Assembly (NCBI GenBank): GCA_043817235.1
Contig: JBDRHA010000008.1
Span: 112-64,111 of the forward strand
Direction: 5' to 3'
DNA: 64,000 nt
Source: Candidatus Shapirobacteria bacterium
GTDB lineage: Bacteria; Patescibacteriota; Microgenomatia; UBA12405; BS750m-G30
Within the stretch, counting starts at the first letter, position 1, and the number at the start of each line of letters is the position of its first letter. Shown piece after piece: positions 37,873-46,994 of this stretch. The notes under the pieces are model-generated. The model saw nothing but the letters and a program-made list of their open reading frames with translations. It had not been told where the DNA came from and did not search any database. The translations under genes and the position numbers were made by a program.

Positions 37873-38367
37873 TTAATTTTCCTGCTCTTCCAGTGAGTGA
37901 AGTATTTTTTTGTGGATGCGTATTAGCTCTTTTAAGTCGCTTTCTGATATTAAGTCTAAAACCTTACCCATTTTGTGAAACATCCGCTTACGTGTCTCAA
38001 CTATCTCTGATCTGCCTTTATCAGTTAGATTAAGACGCACTATTCTACGATCGTTAACGTCGGGTTTTCTTGAAATCAGTTTGTTTTCGGTTAATCTGTC
38101 TGTAAATTGAGCAATAGATGAAGATGACATGTTTACAGCTTGAGCTAGCTCACTCACAGTTGAGTTTGGACTTTCGCTCAAATAAGATAATCCTTGCATT
38201 TGCAAAATTGTCGCAGCCTTATCTTCCAAGGAGCAGTTAACACTTCTTTCTGCAATGCGACTAATTTTGGTCACTGTTGCAAAAAATTCTTCGAATAATT
38301 CTTGTTTTATATTGTTCATAATTAACTTAGACATTAAGTATCTTAACATATAAGATATTGTTGTCAA
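37873..38367 (-). CDS. MarR-family transcriptional regulator
   Basis: 164 aa; wHTH with NDRRIVRLNLTDKGR recognition/wing motif; first gene of efflux operon. Confidence 0.7.
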   Translation of the reverse strand: MTTISYMLRYLMSKLIMNNIKQELFEEFFATVTKISRIAERSVNCSLEDKAATILQMQGLSYLSESPNSTVSELAQAVNMSSSSIAQFTDRLTENKLISRKPDVNDRRIVRLNLTDKGRSEIVETRKRMFHKMGKVLDLISESDLKELIRIHKKILHSLEEQEN

Positions 38368-38396
38368 TAGTTAATTTAATGTATTAATAATCCCCC

Positions 38397-38526
38397 TTTT
38401 TTATACTGTCTCATTTGTCTCACCGTGTCCATCCATAGCTTTAGCGAAGGAGGATTTAACCTCAGATGTGATATGCTTGGAGAAAGCAGTTATGAGCTCG
38501 AAAGGTTCTAGACCGGCCTGCTCAGC
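38397..38526 (+). repeat. Bipartite conserved element, copy A (tttttatactgtctcaYttgtctcac ... agttatgag...gaaaggtYctagaccgg..tgctcagc)
   Basis: 5' block (with TATACT -10-like hexamer and tandem tgtctcaYt direct repeat) and 3' block (ggtYctagacc hairpin) both near-identical to copy at 47925-48022; middle differs. Confidence 0.45.
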
Positions 38527-38697
38527 CAGTACGGGCACCTCTGCCGACCGAGGTACCTCAAATATCCCTTATTATCTTGTAAAACGCCCATTTTCAAAGC
38601 CGAGAATTCGAACCGCTTTTTACCCTCAAAAAAGCCCCGTTCGAATCCGACTTCTGCCATTGTTTTAACTTGCTTCCTGTGATATAATTCGTTCAGT

Positions 38698-39336
38698 ATG
38701 TTAGAGAATAGGACCAGGAAAAGAATTTTTGAAATGCTTAGCCAGGCAATAAGCAGCGGGGAAGTAATTTCTCTTCGGAATATTGGGGACGAGCTTGGCT
38801 TGGCTGCCAACACGATTCTTTATCACATCAAAAAGCTTGAAGAGAAAGGGCTTGTTATCAGAAATATTGATGGCAAGGTGATCCGCATCAATTCCCCGGA
38901 AGATAATTCTGCTATTGCCTTCTTGCCTCTCTTAGGAAATGCCGCCTGTGGGGAACCCCTGGGTTCAATCGTTGAAACCGAGACGATCCGTATGATCCCG
39001 GTACCACTTAACATTCTGGGAAGAAATTCCAAGCGCAACCTCTACATGATTGAAGCAGTTGGAGACAGTATGGCAGAAAAGATTGAAAACGGTGATTATG
39101 TTATTTTCGAGCCTAACCCCTCGCCTAATCCTGGGCAGATTGTTGTGGCCAGAACAAAAGATGGATTTACAATTAAAGTTTTTAAGAAAACAGCCTCTCA
39201 GTGTATTTTGAAACCATTAAATCCAAATTATCTCCCTCTGGTTTTTGACAAAAGTGAGATAGATGAATCTTTCAACATTGACGGTGTAGCTGTGGGGATT
39301 TTTAAACCGCAGGGAAATTTAGGAGGAGGCGGGTAA
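38698..39336 (+). CDS. LexA-like repressor paralogue (wHTH + S24 peptidase), island-associated
   Basis: 212 aa; S24 catalytic Ser in AVGDSM and Lys in FTIKVFKK; N-terminal wHTH (LGLAANTILYHIKKLEEKGLV). Confidence 0.6.
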   Translation: MLENRTRKRIFEMLSQAISSGEVISLRNIGDELGLAANTILYHIKKLEEKGLVIRNIDGKVIRINSPEDNSAIAFLPLLGNAACGEPLGSIVETETIRMIPVPLNILGRNSKRNLYMIEAVGDSMAEKIENGDYVIFEPNPSPNPGQIVVARTKDGFTIKVFKKTASQCILKPLNPNYLPLVFDKSEIDESFNIDGVAVGIFKPQGNLGGGG

Positions 39337-39480
39337 AAATGGCAAAAGTTATATGCCCATTGTTTCCTAATGGTATCAGCAACATAAGATACAGGCAAAT
39401 TAGAAACCCAAGGGATTTTATTCATGTTGCCTTTATTAAAAATTCTTTTGGAAAGAGGACAAGGAAGGGGATGTCGAAAA

Positions 39481-39675
39481 ATGAAACCTAGAAATACATA
39501 CAAGTATGACTTTAAGGTCGGAAACAAAATAATGCACAGCGGGATTACTAGGAACCTAGATAGGCGTGAATTGGATCATAAACAAAAGTGGCCCAAAGGT
39601 CATACTGTTCAGATTGGCCGAAGAACAACCGAAGAAGCTGCCAGAAAATGGGAGGAAACAAAACAGAAAAGTTAA
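39481..39675 (+). CDS. Small GIY-YIG-like protein (weak)
   Basis: 64 aa from MKPRNTYKYDFKVGNKIMHSGITRNLDRRELDHKQ; Y-x10-(H/Y)SG-x-T...R...H spacing resembles GIY-YIG core; purine-rich RBS upstream. Confidence 0.3.
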   Translation: MKPRNTYKYDFKVGNKIMHSGITRNLDRRELDHKQKWPKGHTVQIGRRTTEEAARKWEETKQKS

Positions 39676-39709
39676 AATAATGATTGAGAAACGAGCAAAA
39701 TGAAAGGAG

Positions 39710-40090
39710 GTGAAATTTATGAAAAAGCGCATATTTATTAGCTTTGACTATGACCATGACAAAAACTATCGCTATTTATTGGCAGCCTTAGCCAAGAATC
39801 CACGATCTGATATTGAGTTTGACGATCTAACGCCAGAAGAGATTCAAAGCTACGATATTGGTCGAATAAAGGCAGTCTTAACGAGGAAAATAAGACAAGC
39901 TACGCATACATTAGTAATCATTGGAAAGCATGCAAATAGTTATCACCCGGACAGAGATGAAATTGGAGATCGAAATTGGCAGTGGTGGGAAATTAATAAG
40001 AGCGATGAGGAAAGAAAAGGATTTATCGCCGTAAAGATAGATTCATCCAACGACTCGCCGGAACCTTTGTATGGGAAAGGCGCAACTTGA
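39710..40090 (+). CDS. TIR-like domain protein (DUF1863/ThsB-like)
   Basis: 126 aa; N-terminal KKRIFISFDYDHDKNY strand (compare ThsB-type R-V-F-F-S-F-H-Y-x-D), THTLVIIGKH block, WQWWEINKSDEERKGFIAVKID with conserved Glu in W-E-I; GGAGG RBS 8 nt upstream. Confidence 0.55.
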   Translation: MKFMKKRIFISFDYDHDKNYRYLLAALAKNPRSDIEFDDLTPEEIQSYDIGRIKAVLTRKIRQATHTLVIIGKHANSYHPDRDEIGDRNWQWWEINKSDEERKGFIAVKIDSSNDSPEPLYGKGAT

Positions 40091-40143
40091 GCAAAAACTT
40101 TTTCTGTTGATTCAATAGTAAATGCGATTGATAATGCTTAATT

Positions 40144-40797
40144 ATGGTAGCCACCGACGATACAAAACTTGAAATTCTGCACGATCACTATAAAGAAAGC
40201 TTCTCGTACATTCGTGGATGGGAAGAAAAACGTGATAGGCTTTTTATATTTGTGATTGCTATGATTGGTGTCTTATTTCTCGAGATACAGTATTCCGATC
40301 TTTTTTCAAGTATTTTGGGGAATATCAAATTGGAGTTTATAGAATTAAATATCGCCTTAATGCCTATTTCTGTTTTTTTGAGTCTTACATGGACTTATTT
40401 GTTTACGATTATATTGAAATATTGCCAACAGTCCATCCTTATTGAAAGACAATATAACTACCTGCATCACTTAGAGGGTAAAATATCCAAGTTTTTTGGC
40501 GGCCGGAACATTTACTGCCGTGAGAGCAGAGCGTACCTCAATAAGTATCCCCTCTTTTCGGAGTTAGCCTGGATTTATTATGGCTTTTTGTTTCCATCAA
40601 TAGCGATACTCTCAGTCTGGCTAGTTATTTATCTTGAGTGGAACAAAATTTCAGGGCCACTATATCACTTGGTCTATGATTCATTTTTGAGCATAGCAGT
40701 AATTACGTGTTTGATATTTTATAGATTTTATCCTTTAGGTAAAAAAATAGTACTGAAGGTGAAAGATAGAATTAATTTGGCTTTTCGGGCGAAATAG
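40144..40797 (+). CDS. Four-TM membrane protein adjacent to TIR-like gene (candidate effector; SLATT-like?)
   Basis: 217 aa; ~35-aa cytoplasmic N-terminus, TM1-TM2, ~50-aa basic loop, TM3-TM4; 53-nt gap after TIR-like gene, same strand. Confidence 0.4.
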   Translation: MVATDDTKLEILHDHYKESFSYIRGWEEKRDRLFIFVIAMIGVLFLEIQYSDLFSSILGNIKLEFIELNIALMPISVFLSLTWTYLFTIILKYCQQSILIERQYNYLHHLEGKISKFFGGRNIYCRESRAYLNKYPLFSELAWIYYGFLFPSIAILSVWLVIYLEWNKISGPLYHLVYDSFLSIAVITCLIFYRFYPLGKKIVLKVKDRINLAFRAK

Positions 40798-40878
40798 TTT
40801 GGCGCCTGCCGAACTTAACAATGAGCAATGTACGATAGAGAAATGGAGTTGTGAGGCCCAGATTAAAGTCTTGTGTAA

Positions 40879-42186
40879 TTACCTTATCGGAGCTGAGCAG
40901 ACTTCCTTGTCGTGGACATAAAGATGTTTGCCGAACACTTTAACGATTTCCCTTTTTTCTTCATCAGCACCATCCCTAAGGACATATTTGGCGTATTCCG
41001 TAAAAGAAACTTCCCCTGAGCCAGGATTAATGTCTTTGAGTAGTAGCACTTGTTCTCGGATTTTCCGATAGGTTTCTATTCCAATTTTAACTTTTGGAGT
41101 CAGCTTAATTTTTTGAGGGTGGTGCATGCTCATAAAATTGATATATCTGATTAGCGCTCCGATCAGTCGTTTTTCGTTGAGCATGGGTTCTTTACATCGT
41201 TTGTTTCTGGCTTTGGAGCATTGGTAGTAGACATGCCTTCTTGGATCACGATGTTTTCTTTTTCTGAATTTTTCTTCGCCGGTGACGGTAGCTCCGCAAC
41301 TGGCACATTTGAAAATGCTTCTAAAGAGTACGTTCCGACTACCCCATTTTGACTTTTTAGGAACCACCAACTTTCTTCTGGTTTCGTTAAATATCTTTTT
41401 GGTAATCAATGGTTTATGCCCACCCTTATACCAATTACCGCTGCCAATCGAGTATTCGAATTCACCATAATAAAACGGATCGCCAAGCATTCGGTAAACT
41501 TGGCTCAAAGTTAATGGCTTGCCGGATTTATTATTAAAACCAACCTTGTCAGCCCATTTTTTAATTTGCCTACCGCTTTCTCCATTTATTACCCTGCTAA
41601 ACATTTCGGTTATGTATTTACCTCTGTCTGGGTCAACAGCGATATCTTTCTTACCAGCAAATGAGCGGTTAATATAACCGATTGGCGATGGCCCTGGTCG
41701 CCAGCCCATTTCACACTTGGCTCGGATTCCTCTTTTGACATTTATTCCCCTGTTATCGTTTTCTAACTTCGCCTGACTACATAAAATCATTAGCAGAAAC
41801 TTTTCGTTGGGATTATTAGAGAAACTTTGAGAGAAAGTTCGTATCTGGAGTAGTTTTTCCTGATCCATCAAATCAACCAGCATTCCCAAATCGCCAGCAT
41901 TACGACTCAATCGATCCGGTGCCCAAGTTAAAATGCCGCTAAATTTCCCCTGAGCAACATCAGCCAGAAGCTTGTTAAAAACTGGTCGGGTACTGGAGAT
42001 CTTGGCCGAATGGCTTTCTTGATAAATCTCTAAGATTTCAAGGCTATCCCGTTTGGCCAGAGTTTTCATTTCCTTTATCTGTGATCCGATTGACATTGCT
42101 TGTCGTTCGTCTGACTCGCTAGACTTTCTGGCATAAAGGCAATAGTTGATCAAGTCGTTTTGGGTAGCGCTTTCTATCATCAACAC
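40879..42186 (-). CDS. Large serine recombinase (resolvase/invertase catalytic domain + recombinase + zinc-ribbon)
   Basis: 435 aa; catalytic CLYARKSSESDE (Y-x-R-x-S), recombinase-domain region, Cys cluster CASCGA...C...C. Confidence 0.8.
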   Translation of the reverse strand: MLMIESATQNDLINYCLYARKSSESDERQAMSIGSQIKEMKTLAKRDSLEILEIYQESHSAKISSTRPVFNKLLADVAQGKFSGILTWAPDRLSRNAGDLGMLVDLMDQEKLLQIRTFSQSFSNNPNEKFLLMILCSQAKLENDNRGINVKRGIRAKCEMGWRPGPSPIGYINRSFAGKKDIAVDPDRGKYITEMFSRVINGESGRQIKKWADKVGFNNKSGKPLTLSQVYRMLGDPFYYGEFEYSIGSGNWYKGGHKPLITKKIFNETRRKLVVPKKSKWGSRNVLFRSIFKCASCGATVTGEEKFRKRKHRDPRRHVYYQCSKARNKRCKEPMLNEKRLIGALIRYINFMSMHHPQKIKLTPKVKIGIETYRKIREQVLLLKDINPGSGEVSFTEYAKYVLRDGADEEKREIVKVFGKHLYVHDKEVCSAPIR

Positions 42187-42234
42187 AAGGAATGACGCAA
42201 AGGGAAGGCTAAGTCAAGGCCCAAACGATGAATT

Positions 42235-43305
42235 TTAAATCTTTGCTAGTTGCTTAAGGAGTTGCTCGAAAGCTTTGATAGAGTAGTCCTTTATTCGCCA
42301 TTTAGCCATTATACCGAAAGAGGTTTTCATTTTTTCTGAAATTTCAGCTTCGGGAATTACCTCTTTGATTATTTTTCTCGATTCTTGGTCAATGTTTTTA
42401 GTGCCCCAAAATTCCAATTTTGGACCTTGGTTACCAGCAACTATTGGAAAGGAAATTGTTATCTTGTCACCAATGCTTGTTGTCACATAAAAATTTAAGT
42501 TTCTGGGAGTTTTGACAACAGCAACATTTTTCACCTCTTTCCCCCTTTCCTTTAATTGGTTAAAAAAGATGATCAACTTTTTAATATTTTTTTCTTCAGC
42601 TAATCCCTGATATGCTTCTACAAAATCTTCATCTGTCGGAATACTTCGGGTTGATTTAACTCCAAGGTCCTTTTTAACTTCTGCGCCGAATAACTTCGGA
42701 ATCAGAATTTCAAAGCCTTTGTGTTTGTAAAATTCCAGCTCAACTGCGTAAACGGTAAACTCACTGTTGTTATTTAAGAAGATAATCAGATCCTTTAATT
42801 GAGGATGAAGATGATCCATGAGGACTACAAACTTAAAGTTGCCGTCACTCAGATTTCTTCTGGTGTTTTCCAAAAGGTTGTCGGTTTCGTCTTCTGAGAT
42901 ACCGAAAAACTCCCCCAGCCTTTGACTTAAGGTTTTATTAAAATCCTTATTGGTATTAAGACTAACTTGTTCGACGAAATCGGTAAAATCTCGGTAATTC
43001 GACCAAAGTGATGCTCCGTAATCCAGAACCTGCGCAACCACCATTCTTTTATCCGGATTTTTGTAAAGCTTCGTTTCAATTAGATAAATCTCCCCCTCTC
43101 TATCCACACCCAAAGCATCAATCGATCCACTTTTTGTTGTAAACTCACGAGCTAAGATTAAAAGTCTTATGTCTTCTTTAATATCATAAAGGGGAATACT
43201 TTCGGGATTGTCATAAATATACTGTTGAAGATGATCTTCAAGTTCAAAATTGCTCTTGTTTATTTTGATCGCGTTCTTGCCATTTTTTGAGACGATGATT
43301 GCCAT
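42235..43305 (-). CDS. Restriction-endonuclease-like (PD-(D/E)XK fold) protein, family unassigned (Shedu/DUF4263-like possible)
   Basis: 356 aa; N-terminal GSIDALGVDREGEIYLIETKLYKN ... QVLDY fits D-(x)n-E-x-K nuclease core. Confidence 0.35.
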   Translation of the reverse strand: MAIIVSKNGKNAIKINKSNFELEDHLQQYIYDNPESIPLYDIKEDIRLLILAREFTTKSGSIDALGVDREGEIYLIETKLYKNPDKRMVVAQVLDYGASLWSNYRDFTDFVEQVSLNTNKDFNKTLSQRLGEFFGISEDETDNLLENTRRNLSDGNFKFVVLMDHLHPQLKDLIIFLNNNSEFTVYAVELEFYKHKGFEILIPKLFGAEVKKDLGVKSTRSIPTDEDFVEAYQGLAEEKNIKKLIIFFNQLKERGKEVKNVAVVKTPRNLNFYVTTSIGDKITISFPIVAGNQGPKLEFWGTKNIDQESRKIIKEVIPEAEISEKMKTSFGIMAKWRIKDYSIKAFEQLLKQLAKI

Positions 43306-43481
43306 TTACCCTCCAGTTATTTTTAGCTGGAGGGTTTAAATGATAAAGGCTCCCCTCCAGCTGATGGTCCTTACGGAATCCACCCGCCAACCTTTCGATT
43401 GGTGACCTGCAGAAGGCAACACTGACGAGGAGCTCTCGTCCCTTCTGCAGGACTTTCTTGCCATGCCCCGATTATTCGGGG
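43306..43481 (-). promoter_or_regulatory. GC-rich structured 5' leader of the 42235-43305 gene with alternative RBS-sequestering helices
   Basis: On the minus-strand RNA: hairpin ccccgaauaaucgggg; long hairpin ccugcagaagg...ccuucugcagg; then cagcuggagggg / cccuccagcu / cuggaggg(uaa)AUG, where the middle segment can pair with either neighbour. Confidence 0.35.
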
Positions 43482-43617
43482 TTTAGGCAATATTTAATGG
43501 TAACGTTTTTTATTTTGATATTTTTAGTGATTTAATAAAGAAGCAAAACAACACAGATCTCCTGATTCCAGCCATAATCAATCTAAGGACCTCAGTTTAA
43601 TTAAGGCTAAATATTGC

Positions 43618-44160
43618 TTAAAGTTTTTTGTTCTTTTTAGCTTTATATAGACTCCACGCACTTAACACGGGGAAAATGATAATTTTGTTTCTTGCTATCA
43701 TATCTTCTATCTCTTTCTCAGAAAACCAAAAACTCTTAATACCCTCTTCTTCCGAATCCTTCCTTAAATAAGGAGCTTTTTCTAGATGCCTCCCCAGGTA
43801 AACAAAGACCATTGTGGCAGAACGTCGATTGTTTAGTAAAAACTTTCCCAAGAGTATTAATTTTTTGGCTCGTAGTCTAGCTTCCTCTGCAAGCTCGCGA
43901 TTAGCGCCAACTTCTGGACTTTCATTAACCTCAAGCGCTCCTCCAGGAAATTGATAAAGTTCTCGATCTTGAGGATAAGAATACTCTTTCTGCAAAAGAA
44001 TCTTTCTGTCTTTTCTGATAGCTATAACTAACGCTGTATCAGTCCTATGCTTAAATTTAAGATAGGTTGTCTTTGCACCACTCGGAAGTACAACTTCATC
44101 CTCAATCACAGTTAGTCGAGAATGAACAAGAGTTTCCTTAGATGAAATTTTTTTCCACAT
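43618..44160 (-). CDS. NUDIX hydrolase
   Basis: 180 aa; Nudix box GGALEVNESPEVGANRELAEEARL. Confidence 0.75.
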   Translation of the reverse strand: MWKKISSKETLVHSRLTVIEDEVVLPSGAKTTYLKFKHRTDTALVIAIRKDRKILLQKEYSYPQDRELYQFPGGALEVNESPEVGANRELAEEARLRAKKLILLGKFLLNNRRSATMVFVYLGRHLEKAPYLRKDSEEEGIKSFWFSEKEIEDMIARNKIIIFPVLSAWSLYKAKKNKKL

Positions 44161-44169
44161 AAACTGTGC

Positions 44170-45600
44170 TTAATATGACTGGGCAAAAAGCCATCGATAA
44201 TGACTTTTTTTACCACAATAAATACATTTACCTTTCTCTTTTTTAGAATCCAAGGGCAAACAGCGAATAGTGGCTTTAGTTTCTTTCTTGATTTTGGCTT
44301 CGCACTTTAAATCTTCACACCAGAAGGCTGAAAGAAAACCGCGGGTGGTGCTCATAATATCTTTAAATTCATTATAACTATCAATAACAGGAGTGTTTTG
44401 TCGAGTGAATTTTTTGTGCTTCTCAAAAAGATTATGTTGAATCTTGTCTAGGAGCTTTTGAATAGTAGATTCTAGCTCGGAAACAGGCACCTTAACTTTT
44501 TTGCAGGTATCTCGGCGAAATAAAGTGATTTCATTGGCATTGGCTTCCTTAGCACCAATTTCCAAACGGATAGGTACACCTTTTAGTTCCCATTTATTGA
44601 ACTTGAAACCGGCAGATTCGTCGTCAACCAAATCAATTTCAATTCTGAACTTATTTTTGAGTTGATCGAAGATTTTTTGAGCAAACTTGGTGGCAATTTC
44701 TTGACCAGGAATGGGAACGACAATAATTTGAATTGGAGCAATATTGGGAGGCAAAATCAAACCACTGTCGTCACCATGAACCATAATTAAACTACCAATG
44801 CTTCTAGTGCTAAAACCCCAGCTGTTTTGCCATGGATGAACCGTACTTTTGTTTTGGTCCTGAACAGTCCATCCAATGGCCTTAGAAAAATTTTGGCCTA
44901 AATCATGAGAAGTGCAGGCCTGAAGGGCCTTGCCATTAGGCATTAATAATTCAAGGGTATAGGTTTTATAAGCACCAGCGAATTTTTCCGATTCGCTTTT
45001 AATACCAGGAATGCCATAAGTTGCCATTAAATTATTATAAGTTTTTTGGTAAGCATTCAGTGCCCAAATAACCTGATCTAAACTTTCTTTATGAGTTAAG
45101 TGGGCACAATGGCCCTCTTGCCATAAAAATTCCGATGTTCTTAAAAATAAGTAGGTTCGTTTTTCCCAACGAACGACATTGCCCCACTGGTTAACCAAAA
45201 TTGGCAATTCTCTCCAGGAAGTAGTCCATTTTTTGTACATTTCGTACATTATGGCTTCAGAAGTGGGACGAATAATTAATTTTTCCTTGAGTTTTTTACC
45301 ACCAGCAATAGTTACAACCGCAAAAAGGGGGGCAAAACCCTCAACATGTTCTTTCTCTTTGTTAATAAAACTTTCAGGTATGAATATAGGGAAGTAGGCA
45401 TTCTTGACTCCTCTTTCCTTAATTAATTTATCTAAAAACTGCTGGATAGCTTCCCAAAGAGCGTAACCATAAGGACGAATGATCATGCAACCTTTAACTG
45501 GGGCATAATCAGCCAATTCGGCTTTTAAAATTACATCGTTGTACCATTCAGACAAATCAACAGATCGTTTTTTGAGAAGATTTTTTTCAAATTTTGTCAT
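44170..45600 (-). CDS. proS: Proline--tRNA ligase, archaeal/eukaryotic-type
   Basis: 476 aa; class II core motifs (RPTSEAIMYEMY, FLRTSEFLWQEGHCAH), C-terminal Cys-rich Zn domain; no bacterial-type insertion domain. Confidence 0.85.
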   Translation of the reverse strand: MTKFEKNLLKKRSVDLSEWYNDVILKAELADYAPVKGCMIIRPYGYALWEAIQQFLDKLIKERGVKNAYFPIFIPESFINKEKEHVEGFAPLFAVVTIAGGKKLKEKLIIRPTSEAIMYEMYKKWTTSWRELPILVNQWGNVVRWEKRTYLFLRTSEFLWQEGHCAHLTHKESLDQVIWALNAYQKTYNNLMATYGIPGIKSESEKFAGAYKTYTLELLMPNGKALQACTSHDLGQNFSKAIGWTVQDQNKSTVHPWQNSWGFSTRSIGSLIMVHGDDSGLILPPNIAPIQIIVVPIPGQEIATKFAQKIFDQLKNKFRIEIDLVDDESAGFKFNKWELKGVPIRLEIGAKEANANEITLFRRDTCKKVKVPVSELESTIQKLLDKIQHNLFEKHKKFTRQNTPVIDSYNEFKDIMSTTRGFLSAFWCEDLKCEAKIKKETKATIRCLPLDSKKEKGKCIYCGKKSHYRWLFAQSY

Positions 45601-45722
45601 ATTTTAATTGTAACATCTTCAGGCTGTGCGCGCCATTACAATACGGCAACTCAAAAATAGACTTGTGTTGCTCTGTTTTGTATAATGTTATAAATAAATT
45701 TATTATATTCAGAAAATAATTT

Positions 45723-46994
45723 ATGTATATCTTAGGCATACAGGGAAATTTTGGTAGACCAGAGCATGATCCTAGTGCGGTTTTAATATGTGACAATGAA
45801 TTAATAGCCGCAGTAGAAGAAGAAAGATTAATCAGATATAAGTGCGCATTTGGCGTAATGCCTGACAGAGCGATCAGATATTGCCTCAAAACAGCGGGTA
45901 TAACCATGAAGGACGTTGATGTTCTCGCTTTTCCGAGAAACACTTGGACCGGGCACGAAAATCGATTAAATTGGTATTCCGAATACAACTTTGGTTTTAG
46001 GCCAAAAAAAATTGAGTTTTTCGGTCATCATTTAGCCCATGCCGCTTCAACATACCACTACTCAGGTTATAAGAAATCTCTGATTCTTACAATTGATATG
46101 ACGGGTGACGGCATATCGTTGGCTGTTTTCAGAGCCAAGGGTAACAACATTCAATTAGTTCATGAAGTTCCTTTCCCTAATTCGCTGGGTATATTTATGG
46201 CATTAATTACCCAATATCTTGGGTTTAGAAGTAGTCAGGATGAAGGAAAGGTTATGGGCTTGGCTGCCCACGGAACCCCAAGCATCGATATGTCCCCTTT
46301 GCTAAAAATTACCAAAGATGGATATAAGTTTAACCCCAAAAGTTTACATCCGGAAGTATTTAAGAGATATCCAGAATTTCATATGAGACAGTTGCCTTTT
46401 TTCAGCAAGATGGTCGAGGGGGTTTTACCGAAAAGAAGATTGGCTAATGAGGAAATCCTAACAGAACATAAAAATATTGCTGCTAGTGCCCAAAAAATAG
46501 TTGAGGATGCGGTTTTTAAAATTATCGAATTATTTAAGAAAAGGAGTGATGAATATTTGTGCCTTGCCGGTGGAGTAACCCAAAACTCAGTATTAAATGG
46601 GAAAATTGTGAGCAGTAGATTATTTAAAGAGGTCTTTATTGCTCCAGCAGTTGGTGACGCAGGCAGCGCATTAGGTGCTGCAACTTTAGCACAAGTGCAA
46701 TCCGGTTTTAAGCCAAAGGTCATGAAATCATGTTACCTGGGCCCAAGTTATTCAAGTGAATATATTAAAAGTTATCTCGAGAAAAATCGTATTAAATATA
46801 AAGAATATCCGGATAGCGTCGACAAAGTGGCCAGTGATCTAGCCGAAGGGAAAATAGTTGCCTTGTTCCAGGGCCGTATGGAATTTGGGCCAAGAGCCTT
46901 GGGCAACAGATCACTACTGGCCAACCCAAAAACTAAAGGAATGAAATATAAAGTTAACATTATAAAAAATCGTGAACAATTTAGGCCCTACTGA
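45723..46994 (+). CDS. Carbamoyltransferase (NodU/CmcH family) N-terminal domain, C-terminally truncated
   Basis: 423 aa; Kae1/HypF-like fold motifs (MYILGIQGNFGRPEHDPSAVLI, FFGHHLAHAASTYHYSGY, AGGVTQNSVLNG); ends at NREQFRPY where full-length proteins continue FRPFAP... Confidence 0.6.
   Translation: MYILGIQGNFGRPEHDPSAVLICDNELIAAVEEERLIRYKCAFGVMPDRAIRYCLKTAGITMKDVDVLAFPRNTWTGHENRLNWYSEYNFGFRPKKIEFFGHHLAHAASTYHYSGYKKSLILTIDMTGDGISLAVFRAKGNNIQLVHEVPFPNSLGIFMALITQYLGFRSSQDEGKVMGLAAHGTPSIDMSPLLKITKDGYKFNPKSLHPEVFKRYPEFHMRQLPFFSKMVEGVLPKRRLANEEILTEHKNIAASAQKIVEDAVFKIIELFKKRSDEYLCLAGGVTQNSVLNGKIVSSRLFKEVFIAPAVGDAGSALGAATLAQVQSGFKPKVMKSCYLGPSYSSEYIKSYLEKNRIKYKEYPDSVDKVASDLAEGKIVALFQGRMEFGPRALGNRSLLANPKTKGMKYKVNIIKNREQFRPY

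Noticed and set aside
38468-38813. ORFs 38468-38668 (+) and 38508-38813 (-)
   Set aside because: Low-complexity R/P/S-rich translations overlapping each other and the repeated copy-A element; the plus ORF starts with GTG right after an atg-tga mini-ORF. Treated as non-coding.
43306-43481. Tried to identify the GC-rich structured region as SRP RNA, 6S, tmRNA, RNase P, or a fluoride/guanidine/c-di-GMP riboswitch
   Set aside because: None of the conserved motifs I remember for those families are present; kept only as an unclassified structured leader.
46379-46960. Antisense ORFs within the carbamoyltransferase gene and many other 60-110-aa ORFs antisense to large genes (e.g. within dnaE, ppsA, ABC exporters)
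   Set aside because: Nested inside well-supported genes on the opposite strand, with low-complexity translations; considered spurious.
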